From an uncultured virus (IMG/VR IMGVR_UViG_3300046665_000305) (taxonomy: Duplodnaviria > Heunggongvirae > Uroviricota > Caudoviricetes): a stretch of 64,000 nt of DNA. The translations under genes and the position numbers were made by a program. The DNA is taken from IMG/VR virus record IMGVR_UViG_3300046665_000305, positions 1-64,000 of that record. One strand, written 5' to 3'. The notes below the pieces were generated by a model. The model was given only the letters and a program-made list of their open reading frames with translations. It was not told where the DNA came from and searched no databases. Positions 40,979-51,050 of the stretch are shown one piece after another. The stretch's first letter is position 1. Each line of letters opens with the position of its first letter.

Positions 40979-41412
40979 TAAATATCACTCGTTTCAAAAG
41001 GGTAATGTGAAAATAGTACACCAATGTCTTCATCGCTAAAAACTTTTGCGTCGTACAAGGCTTGAGCCATATACGCGACAAGGCTTGTCAATGCTTCTAT
41101 CTGCCTACTGTTATTACTATCCAAATCTGAATAGGTATCGTGTTTGTCATCTATTAGCTTTTCCACAGCCTCTTGGACCGTTAGTTCTTTTATAGATTCA
41201 CCGCGCCACGATCTATTATAATAAATAATCTTTTTCACTATTCCACTTCCTCATAATTAATTTTATAAATTTTGTAATCGTTGTGTTCTGGACTTCTAAG
41301 TTTGACGTAATCCAGTAAAATTCTGGCACTCTCTATCGAGCCGTGGTGAACCTGAGTATGATAGGTATAGATGCACTTAGAACCATTGTCCCAATGGCGA
41401 GCTATAACGTAA

Positions 41413-42255
41413 TCAAATGTTTTCGCCATATTCAGCCTCTGCAATTTCTGTGACTCTTGATATAATTTTCTTTTGATCTGCGGCGTACCAACCGGCGCTT
41501 GCAAATCCATTTAGCTCAACAATTTTAGGAACACCATCTGCCATTAGTGCAACGTCACAGGTGTAGACCGTGTCGAGTTGCCATGGCAGGCGTGCCACAG
41601 CTGCTGCGACTTCTTCACATTCCGCTGGCCAATCTCTGCGAATATCCAGATTTCCATCCCAACGATATTCCGAACCGGCAATAACTTCGCCAGCACCTAT
41701 GATGAATCGAAATTCGCCTTTAATGTCATGCTTTTTCGATTTCGCAATCATGACGATTGTTTCATCCGTAACAGCAGTTAATTGCTGCGTCGAATTAGCT
41801 TCGAAAAGGAAATCGCTATAGAAGATGGCTTGGCCAGTGAAACTCTTATCGCCACTCATGGGGCGAATGAAAATTTCATAACACTGAAGCAGTTCGTAAA
41901 TCGATTGCCATCTCGCCTTCAGGTCGCCCCATGTCAGCATGATATAGTCAGAGTTGAGGAACCAGTCATGAGGAATGTTCGTCATGTAGACATTACACTG
42001 ACGATTCTGAGTGTAGCCATAAGCGCCGGGGGCGAAAACTCGTGGGCACTTCTTGACGAAGTTGATTGTTCCATAAATGACGACAGGATCGCCATCTTTG
42101 AAAGGGCCATAGTCTTGGTCTTTCGCGTCAGCGAAAGGAATATATTGGGCATAGTAATAAGGAATGCCTAATTCTTTAAAATTTTCATCCATGTTCCGAT
42201 ACAGCGGACTGCGATCAAACATGTAATTGTCGATTAGCCATGAAATTTTGGTCAA
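41413..42255 (-). CDS. ATP-grasp domain protein (DUF4343/R2K-like)
   Basis: FIRP..G.K.FTG, EFRF, CDVA, IVELN.F..AG.Y. Confidence 0.75.
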   Translation of the reverse strand: MTKISWLIDNYMFDRSPLYRNMDENFKELGIPYYYAQYIPFADAKDQDYGPFKDGDPVVIYGTINFVKKCPRVFAPGAYGYTQNRQCNVYMTNIPHDWFLNSDYIMLTWGDLKARWQSIYELLQCYEIFIRPMSGDKSFTGQAIFYSDFLFEANSTQQLTAVTDETIVMIAKSKKHDIKGEFRFIIGAGEVIAGSEYRWDGNLDIRRDWPAECEEVAAAVARLPWQLDTVYTCDVALMADGVPKIVELNGFASAGWYAADQKKIISRVTEIAEAEYGENI

Positions 42256-42745
42256 GAGATTACACCTTTTCTCTTAGCAAATTCAATGGTATGCTTTGTA
42301 TTCTCGTGCGTAGCAAATTCTGTCATGCCAAACAATTTTTGCCTCAAAAGGGTCTCGCCCTCAGACATTTTATCCCATTCGTCAAAGCTCGCCTGACCTA
42401 GTTTAGTGAGACTGCGCAAGAGTTTTTCGTAACGCTCAATCTTAGCTTCTGCTTTGGTGAGAGGGTCGATTGCATTAAACATCTGAATGACGTTGTTACC
42501 TCGCTCCAACTCCTTCGCAAGCTCTTCTGGATCAGAGTTGAGGTTGTAATCCACGTGAATCTTTGTCGCGCCAATGGCGATACGATGCGCTTCTATTACT
42601 TCTTCGTGGGTACGTTTTGTCATAACAGGTCTCCTATATTCTGTGTCAGCAGGTGGCTCGATGCCAAATGCACACGGCCCTAAAATAGCTTTGGCATAGT
42701 TGGGAATTAAAGGCTTTACCGTGACAATGGTTGCATTTCTGATCC

Positions 42746-43093
42746 CTACCATCCCTTTTCAAACCTTTCTAGTGCCAAATTGATCCTTCGGCGCGACCAT
42801 GTCAAAATTATCTTGTAGTTCATGCCGGATGGGAAACTTTTAATAAGTTTCTTGAACTTGGCGTCTGTAATGGCTCCCTTTGCCTCATTACAAGCCCTAC
42901 AAGAGCCTGCGATGTTTTCCTTAGCGTCGGACCCATTCTTGCTTCTTGGCTGCTTATGCTCCGCTGTGACGCTTTTAAACGTTAAAAGATCGTGGCAATA
43001 GCAGCACTTCTTGTCTTGGCTCAATAGAGCTTCCTCTCGATAGACTTTGACAAAAGCTCTATCTAGTTTTGATAAATTATATTGCTTCGACAT
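42746..43093 (-). CDS. HNH endonuclease
   Basis: C.YC, TAEH..PRS..G....NI..SC..CN..KG. Confidence 0.85.
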   Translation of the reverse strand: MSKQYNLSKLDRAFVKVYREEALLSQDKKCCYCHDLLTFKSVTAEHKQPRSKNGSDAKENIAGSCRACNEAKGAITDAKFKKLIKSFPSGMNYKIILTWSRRRINLALERFEKGW

Positions 43094-44051
43094 AGGCTAG
43101 AGTTTAAACTCCGTTTGCCTTGGCAAACTCGGTCCAGACTTCGGCTGAAATAGCGAGGTCTCTATCAACTACGGCGTACCAGACTTCAGGAGGAATTGTT
43201 TCGTCAAAGAATACAGCATTTGCAGGGCTGTTTGCCGCTCCATTGTGCGCCTCAATCACTTTGCAGAGACGGTCGATCAAAACAGCAACGTCCGAAAATA
43301 GGACAAACTTGCCAGTGGGATGAGGAATTGCGAAATCATCCATAACGGCGTAACGATCCAGAGTTAGCTCTTCATTCATTTTCAACCCTCCTTTTCATAT
43401 TCAGCGATCATTGCATCTAATTCCGTGTCTGTCAACTTACAATGCAACTTTACCCATGCAGCGCCTTTTTCAATATCTTTATTACTGTAAAGAGTGATGC
43501 TGCCGTATTTGACTTCAACAAATCCGACAGGTTTAGAATTTCTAAAACGGTATTTCATTTTGCGCCAAAATAATAAAAAGTTAAACTGATTGGCGCTACC
43601 ACGATAAAGAGTGGGGAAGCCCACGACAAGGCGCTAAGGGCTTTCTCATTGGTAATCATATTTTCGAGTTTGATGCAGAACCAAATCATTATCAATGACA
43701 TAGAGATAACGAAAAATACGGGCGCGAGTAATTCAGGTACGGTCATTAACTTGCTCCTAGCAAAAGGAGCACAATCGCCCAAGTAAGTTGGTAGTTATAA
43801 AGCAGCACACCTAAAATAGAAAGCGTAACACCGTAACAAAAATAATTAATTATTTTCAATTGAGATCATCCCTATAATTTGATAAAGTTTTGTAAGAGAT
43901 TGGCGGTCATCGAGCGAGCCGTGAAAAATTTCTTCACTCCTACTCTTGAGCCATTTTAGCTGATTTTCAAGTTCGTCACTAATATAACGCTCTCCATCGA
44001 TATAAACTTCCTTAAGTTTGCTTCTCGGTCCCATGCTTGAAACGTACATTT

Positions 44052-44393
44052 TTACCCCTTTGTGAGAACGGTGATAATGGTATTATCTTTTACGACGTAG
44101 CCTACCTTATTTTCGGGGTCGGGTACGCGCTCTTCGACATGTCCGTTATTTTTTGCCATGTTTTTCTGCTGCGCCGACATACACTTCCAGACGCGCTTAG
44201 ACAATTTATCTCTGAAGATTCCGAGGCCTTCAATTTCATGCTCGCACCACGAGATGAAATCTGAATCTATAATGTGATTTAATGACGGAAGACCACGCTC
44301 AATCATAAACAGAAGTCGAAGTTCGGAAAAATCAAACTTCAAGACGCGCTCCATGTACCGATATAGGGCATGCTGTGAAACTTTCAAAATCAT
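44052..44393 (-). CDS. hypothetical protein (HA..RY.ER motif, possible RelE-like fold)
   Basis: VSQHALYRYMERV ... VVKDNTIITV. Confidence 0.5.
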   Translation of the reverse strand: MILKVSQHALYRYMERVLKFDFSELRLLFMIERGLPSLNHIIDSDFISWCEHEIEGLGIFRDKLSKRVWKCMSAQQKNMAKNNGHVEERVPDPENKVGYVVKDNTIITVLTKG

Positions 44394-44412
44394 TTATACC
44401 CCTTAATTCGGC

Positions 44413-44462
44413 TTGACTTTTTGTTATTCATCCTCTATGACACCTTTCTATTAGCAAGTCAA
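44413..44462. promoter_or_regulatory. overlapping oppositely oriented promoters at the major strand switch
   Basis: + TTGACT-N17-TATGAC; - TTGACT-N17-CATAGA. Confidence 0.7.
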
Positions 44463-44473
44463 TAGGATTTTTA

Positions 44474-44731
44474 ATGTCACTTCATTCAGTTTATGACGCC
44501 ATGTTCGCTGGCTTTAACGACAAGTTAAATGATTTACCTTCCCGCCTTGATGATTATGATTATTTCACAGGGCCACGTTACGAGATCGGAAGACACTTAG
44601 CCACTTGGTTAACCGTTATAGGTGAAGACACTTCCAAAGTCACTTCATATAACATAATGCAATTTTACGCAAAATATCAAAAAGAGATTTATCCAAAACA
44701 TGTCAGGCAGCTTCGTAGAGCGAGAAATTAG
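44474..44731 (+). CDS. hypothetical protein
   Basis: First plus-strand ORF after the promoter. Confidence 0.55.
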   Translation: MSLHSVYDAMFAGFNDKLNDLPSRLDDYDYFTGPRYEIGRHLATWLTVIGEDTSKVTSYNIMQFYAKYQKEIYPKHVRQLRRARN

Positions 44732-45341
44732 AAATACAGTAATTGATAAAGTCAGACAGCTTCGTCCCAATTCCCGAATCATTCACGAATTGAATACGGC
44801 AGGAACTGGTAGCCCGCGCGCCGATTTAGCCGTGGTAGGGCTTTCTGAAATTTTATTATTTGAAATCAAGAGTGAGAAGGACGTGTTGAAGCGTTTGGAT
44901 CATCAATGGAAAGCATTTAGTCAATGCTCACATCAGACGTTCCTTGTCCTCGATAAAAAGTTTTTTGTCGAGAAAATTTATGCCAACGGTGCAGGTTCGC
45001 GTTATGATCCAAGTGATGCACTTACCGCTATTTTGGGCAGTCATGTCAAAGACTTTGTCTGGCCTTATCCTGAGCCATTAAGGAATTCAAATCGTTATAT
45101 GGATCAGACGTGGAAAATTAAAGGACTTTATAACACTCCTAATACGAGGGCCATGCTTAATTTGCTGTGGAAGGCCGAATTAGTGTCACTTTGTGTGAAT
45201 TTAGGCTTGCCATATCGATCCAATGATAATATGATGAAATTAGTTGAACGTATTATCCTAGGCGCAACTGGTAGGCAAATCACTGAAGGTGTCTGCGCCG
45301 CGTTAAGAACAAGACCATTCGCAGAGGCGGACGAAGTTTAA
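44700..45341 (+). CDS. PD-(D/E)XK nuclease-like protein (MmcB/sce7726-like)
   Basis: IIHE, RADLA, FEIKSE.D.L.RL..Q. Confidence 0.7.
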   Translation: MSGSFVEREIRNTVIDKVRQLRPNSRIIHELNTAGTGSPRADLAVVGLSEILLFEIKSEKDVLKRLDHQWKAFSQCSHQTFLVLDKKFFVEKIYANGAGSRYDPSDALTAILGSHVKDFVWPYPEPLRNSNRYMDQTWKIKGLYNTPNTRAMLNLLWKAELVSLCVNLGLPYRSNDNMMKLVERIILGATGRQITEGVCAALRTRPFAEADEV

Positions 45342-45352
45342 AGAGGAGTGAC

Positions 45353-45790
45353 ATGACGCCGGAACAGAAACAGCAGCTTAAAGACTATCTTGCCTTTATT
45401 CCTTCCATACCTACAAAATGGGCGAGAAATCGGCACAGAAAAAAGGCCAAGCTGTTTAAGCAACAAGATGGGTTGTGTTGCTTGTGTCACAAGCCTATGA
45501 CGATCCGGCTCGGTACGAGTAAAGGTAGGCCTTCGAAAAGTGATGCTACATTTGAGCATAAGCATTTAAAATCCGAAGGCGGTACTAATGCTTGTAGTAA
45601 CGTTCCTCTCAGCCATTCACGTTGTAATCATCATCGAGGCGTCGAAGATTTTGAGACATTCAAAACTAGGATAGCTGAACATGGTGGTAAACTTCCGCCT
45701 CCTGCTCCGGGTAATCACGATTTAAAAAGACGTATGGCTGTCAAAGGTGACGCAGAAGCTATGGAAGCAATCATAGCCAAAAAAACTTAA
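45353..45790 (+). CDS. HNH endonuclease
   Basis: QQDG.C..C, ATFEH....SEGG....N....H..CN..RG. Confidence 0.85.
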   Translation: MTPEQKQQLKDYLAFIPSIPTKWARNRHRKKAKLFKQQDGLCCLCHKPMTIRLGTSKGRPSKSDATFEHKHLKSEGGTNACSNVPLSHSRCNHHRGVEDFETFKTRIAEHGGKLPPPAPGNHDLKRRMAVKGDAEAMEAIIAKKT

Positions 45791-46837
45791 ACTTTCGTTG
45801 TACATTCTCGCCCTAGAAGAAGGTTGGGAAAGGAATGACAAAGTGAGCCTTGAGAGTTTGAAAACTTTGCACGATCAACCTATAAAATTATGATGGAGTA
45901 ATAAATGGTCTATCAAATCAAGCATGAGCAGTGGCGTGGCGAAATCGGTAACTGCATCGCTGCACCCGGATTTGAATTTAAGGTAGGCACGGCGAACACG
46001 ATTCGTAAGGTTCACTGCCTTAAAATGGAACGACTCGGAAATATAGACATATTTACAGTTTATTGGGGCATTATCATGCCGGGAGAAGAAGTAAGTGGTC
46101 GAAGTAAAAATTAAAGTGTTTGAACCTATTGACGAAGATGAATATGAGTGCCCTAATCCTGCCGAGCCTTCAACGATCCTGTTCCAAATAGAATATGTTG
46201 ACGGCGATGATTGGGATATTTATGAGATTCAATACGAAGGTGGCGCGGCAGAATATGAAAACAGCTATGGCTGCGGGCTGGATTACACTCTAAAAGAAAT
46301 TTTTAGTGTCAAGGATGATGGGCTGGTCGAGGGTGAATGGTACGTCATCGAAGGCTTTACCATTCATTTTTATCGAACCGGTTATTGGGAAGAAGAAATC
46401 GATTGTGATTTTAACTTCACCAAGTTCCGCGCCGCTTCGATTTACGACCGTCTCTATTTTGGAGTCTAATATGACCTTTTGGATACTCGTTATCATATAT
46501 TCCTTTGGCATCTTTGTTTCTGCCGGTTACCTAAATCGGCAAGGCTTGCCAGACGTATTTTGGGCTTCGGTATTGTGGCCCGTCGTAATTGTTGCTGCGT
46601 TGCCTTACTTTATCGGTAAGAAGATTGCGGAATGGAGTGGATATTAATGGATTTGCCAAATTTAATTATTTTGGTGGCTTATGTCGCTGGCTATTTTTTC
46701 TCATTCGGAATGATGAAGAATATTTTCGATCTAAATTGGAATGACTACTGTGATCCTATTCCTCTAGTTGGGCTTCTCTTCATAATGATTGTTTGGCCAA
46801 TTTGGTGGGTCTGTTACATTCCTTATAAAGTCGGGAC

Positions 46838-47233
46838 GTGGCTCGCGAAGTGAATTATTTTAATACTAAGGCCAAGAATGAAACTGTTTTTAATAAACTT
46901 TTTGAGGCAGCTGAAACTGTTACAGACTGCGATCAGCACAGGCATGCCGCTGCCATTGTTTACAAAAAACAAATCCTTTCCATCGGTAGGAATCAATTAA
47001 AAACTCATCCTATTATGCTGAAATATCAAACTGATAAATATAAAATTTATCTCCATGCCGAGATCGACGCAATTATCAAAACTATTAATCAATATGGTTC
47101 CGACGTTTTAAAACGGTGTGACCTATACGTTATGAGATTGACGGGTGGAGGCAATATTGGTATGTCTAAACCCTGTCAAGGTTGCCAGAAAGCTATCGAC
47201 GCTTTCGGAATTAAAGGAGTTTATTGGACATGA
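46838..47233 (+). CDS. CMP/dCMP-type zinc deaminase
   Basis: HAA.I, G.N, HAE, SKPC..C. Confidence 0.85.
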   Translation: MAREVNYFNTKAKNETVFNKLFEAAETVTDCDQHRHAAAIVYKKQILSIGRNQLKTHPIMLKYQTDKYKIYLHAEIDAIIKTINQYGSDVLKRCDLYVMRLTGGGNIGMSKPCQGCQKAIDAFGIKGVYWT

Positions 47234-47977
47234 TTGAGGTTAATAAGTTTTATACTTATTCTGCTAATCCACTTGAAATGCAGTGTTTGGCGCGTTACGC
47301 AGCTGGCGGTGTGGCTGTTCATCATACCACTAGGTATGACAAAACGCCTGCGTTTGGTGCGGTTTACCTCTCTGACGAAGACTTTGAAAAAGGGCTTATT
47401 AAGGAAATCACTCCTCCTGTCAGAGGTTTTGTAAATTTAGTTTACGACGGAAACATAGATCAGCAGTATTTCGTTAGTCAGGTTTATGCTACTATGGCTC
47501 TTGCTGCGGAGGGATTTAATCTATTGAAGACCGAAAATCCTTATGCACGTTTAATGAGAACTTTGGAGCTTAAGCCTTGACCACCAGTCCTGAATACATC
47601 TGGCTCGTAACTGAAGATGGTGGAGTAGAAGCATTGGAGCGCGACAAAGGCGGGGAGATTTCTCAGGCCAAAGTCATTGACGGAAAGCTAGACGCTCTGT
47701 TTCGGGACGCTAGAGGCGTTATGGTCGCTATCGTACCAGAGAACTATATTAAAGAATATAAAAAGTGGAAGAAGGGACTTTTGAAGTGACAATTGTTATT
47801 GGTTATTGGGGCATTCCTGCCCTGCTTACTATACTTTTCTACGCATTCGCTATAATCTTTCCGATCGCTGCTAAGGTGGATGAATTTACGGAAGGTTTTT
47901 ATACTCTGCTTTTTGGAATGCTTGCTACCATCGTCTCACTTCTGACTTGGTGCGTCTACTTCGCGGTGACTTAAATT

Positions 47978-48304
47978 ATGAATATTTTTCTTGATGACGA
48001 ACGGCTTCCTGCAAACTATCGTGACTTTGTCATTGTGAGGAGCTATGGTGAATTCGTTGATGCGCTTCTTTATGCCAAGGAGCCTATCAATTTTATCAGC
48101 TTTGACCATGACTTGGGTGACGATAGTCTTGACGGTTACGAGTGTGCCAAGTATCTTGTTGATCTAGACGAAGATCGGGGCGGAACAGTGATCGGAGAAG
48201 ATTTTGAGTGGTACGTCCATAGTCAAAATCCTATCGGGGCGGCAAACATTCACGAATATCTAGACGGATACATGAATTTTAAATATCCAACGGAGGCAGA
48301 TTAA
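47978..48304 (+). CDS. cyclic-phosphate-processing receiver-like domain protein
   Basis: IFLDDER, ISFDHDLG, GY, HSQNP.G. Confidence 0.75.
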   Translation: MNIFLDDERLPANYRDFVIVRSYGEFVDALLYAKEPINFISFDHDLGDDSLDGYECAKYLVDLDEDRGGTVIGEDFEWYVHSQNPIGAANIHEYLDGYMNFKYPTEAD

Positions 48305-49330
48305 GTGGCTAAGCTTTTGACACGAGATGATTTCAGAGAAGGCGTCTTTGCCAGAGATGGTCATCGCTGTGTCGTATGCGGAATAGGCGGAAAACTTGAT
48401 GCTCATCACATCTTAGAACGCAGATTGTTTGCCGAGGGTGGTTACTACTTAGAAAATGGTGCCAGCGTCTGTGGAATCCATCACATCGCTTGTGAGGCTA
48501 CAGACATTTCGGTGGAAGAAATCAGGGGATACGCGGGGATCACAAAGAAAGTTATCCCTGAACATTTCTATGACGATCAGGTCTACGACAAATGGGGAAA
48601 TCCTATCCTGCCTAACGGAACTAGGTTGATCGGAGAGCTTTTCTTTGATGAATCGGTTCAAAAGATTCTACATGATAAGCTCCCATTGTTCACCCATTAT
48701 GTCAAATATCCTCGCACGACTCATGTTCCTTGGTCACCGGGGATGAATGAGGATGACAGAATGTTGAAAGACATGACCGCTTTCAGCGGTATGGAAGTTG
48801 TTGTAACAGAGAAAATGGATGGCGAAAACACTACGCTTTATAATGATTATATTCACGCCAGAAGTCTTGATGGTCGAAATCATCCTAGTCGCAATTGGGT
48901 TAAAAACTTTTGGAGTTCCATTGCCATAGACATTCCTGAGCGTTGGAGAGTATGCGGTGAAAACCTCTTTGCCAAGCACTCCATCGGTTACGATAATCTC
49001 GAAACTTATTTTTACGGCTTCTCTATCTGGAACGATAAAAATGTTTGCCTTTCGTGGGATGAGACTTTGGAATGGTTTAAACTTTTAAACATTGTTCCAG
49101 TGCCTACTCTGTACCGAGGCGTATATGACGAAAAACTCATTAAAAACATAGTCTTATCGTGGGACGATCATGAAGGTTATGTCGTTCGGACTGCAAGTGA
49201 ATTTTCTTTCGGGGAATTCAAAAAATATGTTGCAAAGTGTGTAAGAAAAGGTCATATACAGACCACGAAACATTGGATGCATGGGCAGAAGATGAAAGTT
49301 AACGAACTAAAGGAGAAAATTTATGAGTGA
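48305..49330 (+). CDS. HNH domain-RNA ligase fusion
   Basis: N-terminal RD...CVVC...DAHHI..R...NG..VC..HH; C-terminal KYPRT.H.PWS, TEKMDGENT, CGEN, EGYVVR, AK.VR. Confidence 0.85.
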   Translation: MAKLLTRDDFREGVFARDGHRCVVCGIGGKLDAHHILERRLFAEGGYYLENGASVCGIHHIACEATDISVEEIRGYAGITKKVIPEHFYDDQVYDKWGNPILPNGTRLIGELFFDESVQKILHDKLPLFTHYVKYPRTTHVPWSPGMNEDDRMLKDMTAFSGMEVVVTEKMDGENTTLYNDYIHARSLDGRNHPSRNWVKNFWSSIAIDIPERWRVCGENLFAKHSIGYDNLETYFYGFSIWNDKNVCLSWDETLEWFKLLNIVPVPTLYRGVYDEKLIKNIVLSWDDHEGYVVRTASEFSFGEFKKYVAKCVRKGHIQTTKHWMHGQKMKVNELKEKIYE

Positions 49331-50969
49331 TTTTGGAGCAGCAAAGCTTAAGGAAGCACGTCAGGCACGAATCGCGGAAATTACCGGCGTCAAGGCTAAG
49401 ACGGTTCAGACCGAAACGGCAAAAGATACCCGCGCCGAAAATATTGCAACGAACACGTTCTATAAGATCGTGCTCGATCCTGCTCTTTCACCCGAAGATA
49501 AGCAGAAAGCAGTAGCGAAAACGCTTGCTACCGTTGGTACGAAGGAAGAAAACAAGGCTACGATTAAGGCTCTGGATGAATTCAAGGAATTCCTTCAGCT
49601 TAAGCGCGAGCAAATGGCTGGTAACATCATCGATGTGACCAATACCAACACAACGGCGCAGCTTCAGCAAGTTTATACCACAATGAATGACGGCCTGATC
49701 GAATTCAATGAAGCGATGGAGCCAATTCTTGGAATCATTAATGCTATGCACGTGGTGCGCAAAGAAGGGAAGACGAATGAAATCTTCTCCGATATCCGTA
49801 ACGACCGCAGCGTTGAAACGGAATATAATCTAAAGGTCGAAAATATCAAACAGCGTTTCACATCAACGCAGCAGCTAATCGATGAGTTGACCAACGAAAA
49901 TGCACGACTCAGCGAAGACAAAGCTCTGTTCGGCCTGCTTGGGATTCGCCAGTCTTCGCGCGAAAAGATTGCACTGAATGAAATTTCTATCATTCAGGCC
50001 AAGGACAATCTTATCAGGCTGGAACAGGAACTGACAACTGTCTCGGCTCAAGCTCCGGTCTCTGTGGCAGATGACTCGGAATTTGGCAAGGCCAAGGCAA
50101 CGATCCGCGCCATGCTTGACCTTTCGGCGGAAGAACATCAGCGGAATTCAGCTAACACTGTTGAAAAGGCTAAGAAATTCGTTGAAGTTTCTAAGTCTGC
50201 TCTCGGTGGTATTCGCGGTAGTCTTAGCGGCATGGGTGAGCAAATCGACAATCTTACCGATGCGAACCAGTCCATGATTTCTGCATATGCCATTCTAGGT
50301 GAAGGCATTAAGGAAGCTGGCTCGGAAATCAAGACGAAGCGCGAAACTCTTGCGACCCCTGCCGAAGAAGAATCGATGATCACAAAGATGAAGCGCGACA
50401 ACGAACTTCGCGACATTGACGATCATCTCACTGTCTTGTCCAGTTCTGCCGTCGATACCGAAACGACCTTTGCCGATCTTTCGTCTCAGTCCGTGCGTAT
50501 CAAGACCATGGCAGATGCCAACTCGTCTCAGGTCGAAAAGGTGCGCAAGATGCATACCCAAGGTGTCGCTGGTGTCGCTGATCGACTTTCTGTCGTGCTT
50601 CAGGCCGTGGGTCAAGCCGCAATCGCTGAAAGCTCTGCCATTGCGCGTGACACAATGGTTCAGATGAGCGATGCGACGAACGAAATCGCGATGAAGGAAA
50701 GCATGCGTGTCGCTCTGGCAACGGGTGATGTGAATGACGAACTTGTCAAAGCCATGGAAGACCTTGGTGCATATGGTGAGGTGGTTCAGAAGGCTACCGA
50801 AATCACCCGCGAAAACGTAGCTGAGCTTGAACAGAACCTTGTCGCGATCCGCGAAATCGCTTCGTCGGTTCAGGATGCGGTCAAGGATAACGCTGCGGTC
50901 CACTCTTCGATCAAGGTTGAGAAGCCGGAAGAGCCCAAGCCTGCCGAAAACGCATCATTCAAGATTTAA
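49323..50969 (+). CDS. large coiled-coil protein
   Basis: 548 aa, helical heptad-rich, one short hydrophobic patch (ALFGLLGI). Confidence 0.75.
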   Translation: MSDFGAAKLKEARQARIAEITGVKAKTVQTETAKDTRAENIATNTFYKIVLDPALSPEDKQKAVAKTLATVGTKEENKATIKALDEFKEFLQLKREQMAGNIIDVTNTNTTAQLQQVYTTMNDGLIEFNEAMEPILGIINAMHVVRKEGKTNEIFSDIRNDRSVETEYNLKVENIKQRFTSTQQLIDELTNENARLSEDKALFGLLGIRQSSREKIALNEISIIQAKDNLIRLEQELTTVSAQAPVSVADDSEFGKAKATIRAMLDLSAEEHQRNSANTVEKAKKFVEVSKSALGGIRGSLSGMGEQIDNLTDANQSMISAYAILGEGIKEAGSEIKTKRETLATPAEEESMITKMKRDNELRDIDDHLTVLSSSAVDTETTFADLSSQSVRIKTMADANSSQVEKVRKMHTQGVAGVADRLSVVLQAVGQAAIAESSAIARDTMVQMSDATNEIAMKESMRVALATGDVNDELVKAMEDLGAYGEVVQKATEITRENVAELEQNLVAIREIASSVQDAVKDNAAVHSSIKVEKPEEPKPAENASFKI

Positions 50970-50982
50970 AACGTTCTTTCAC

Positions 50983-51021
50983 TTGACAAAGTAACTTAAG
51001 GCGCTTTAAATAGCGCCTTAA
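50983..51021 (+). promoter_or_regulatory. promoter with the -10 region in the loop of a 10-bp inverted repeat
   Basis: TTGACA...TTAAGGCGCT-TTAAAT-AGCGCCTTAA. Confidence 0.6.
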
Positions 51022-51050
51022 TTACATCTAAACTTATAAGGAGAAAAATT

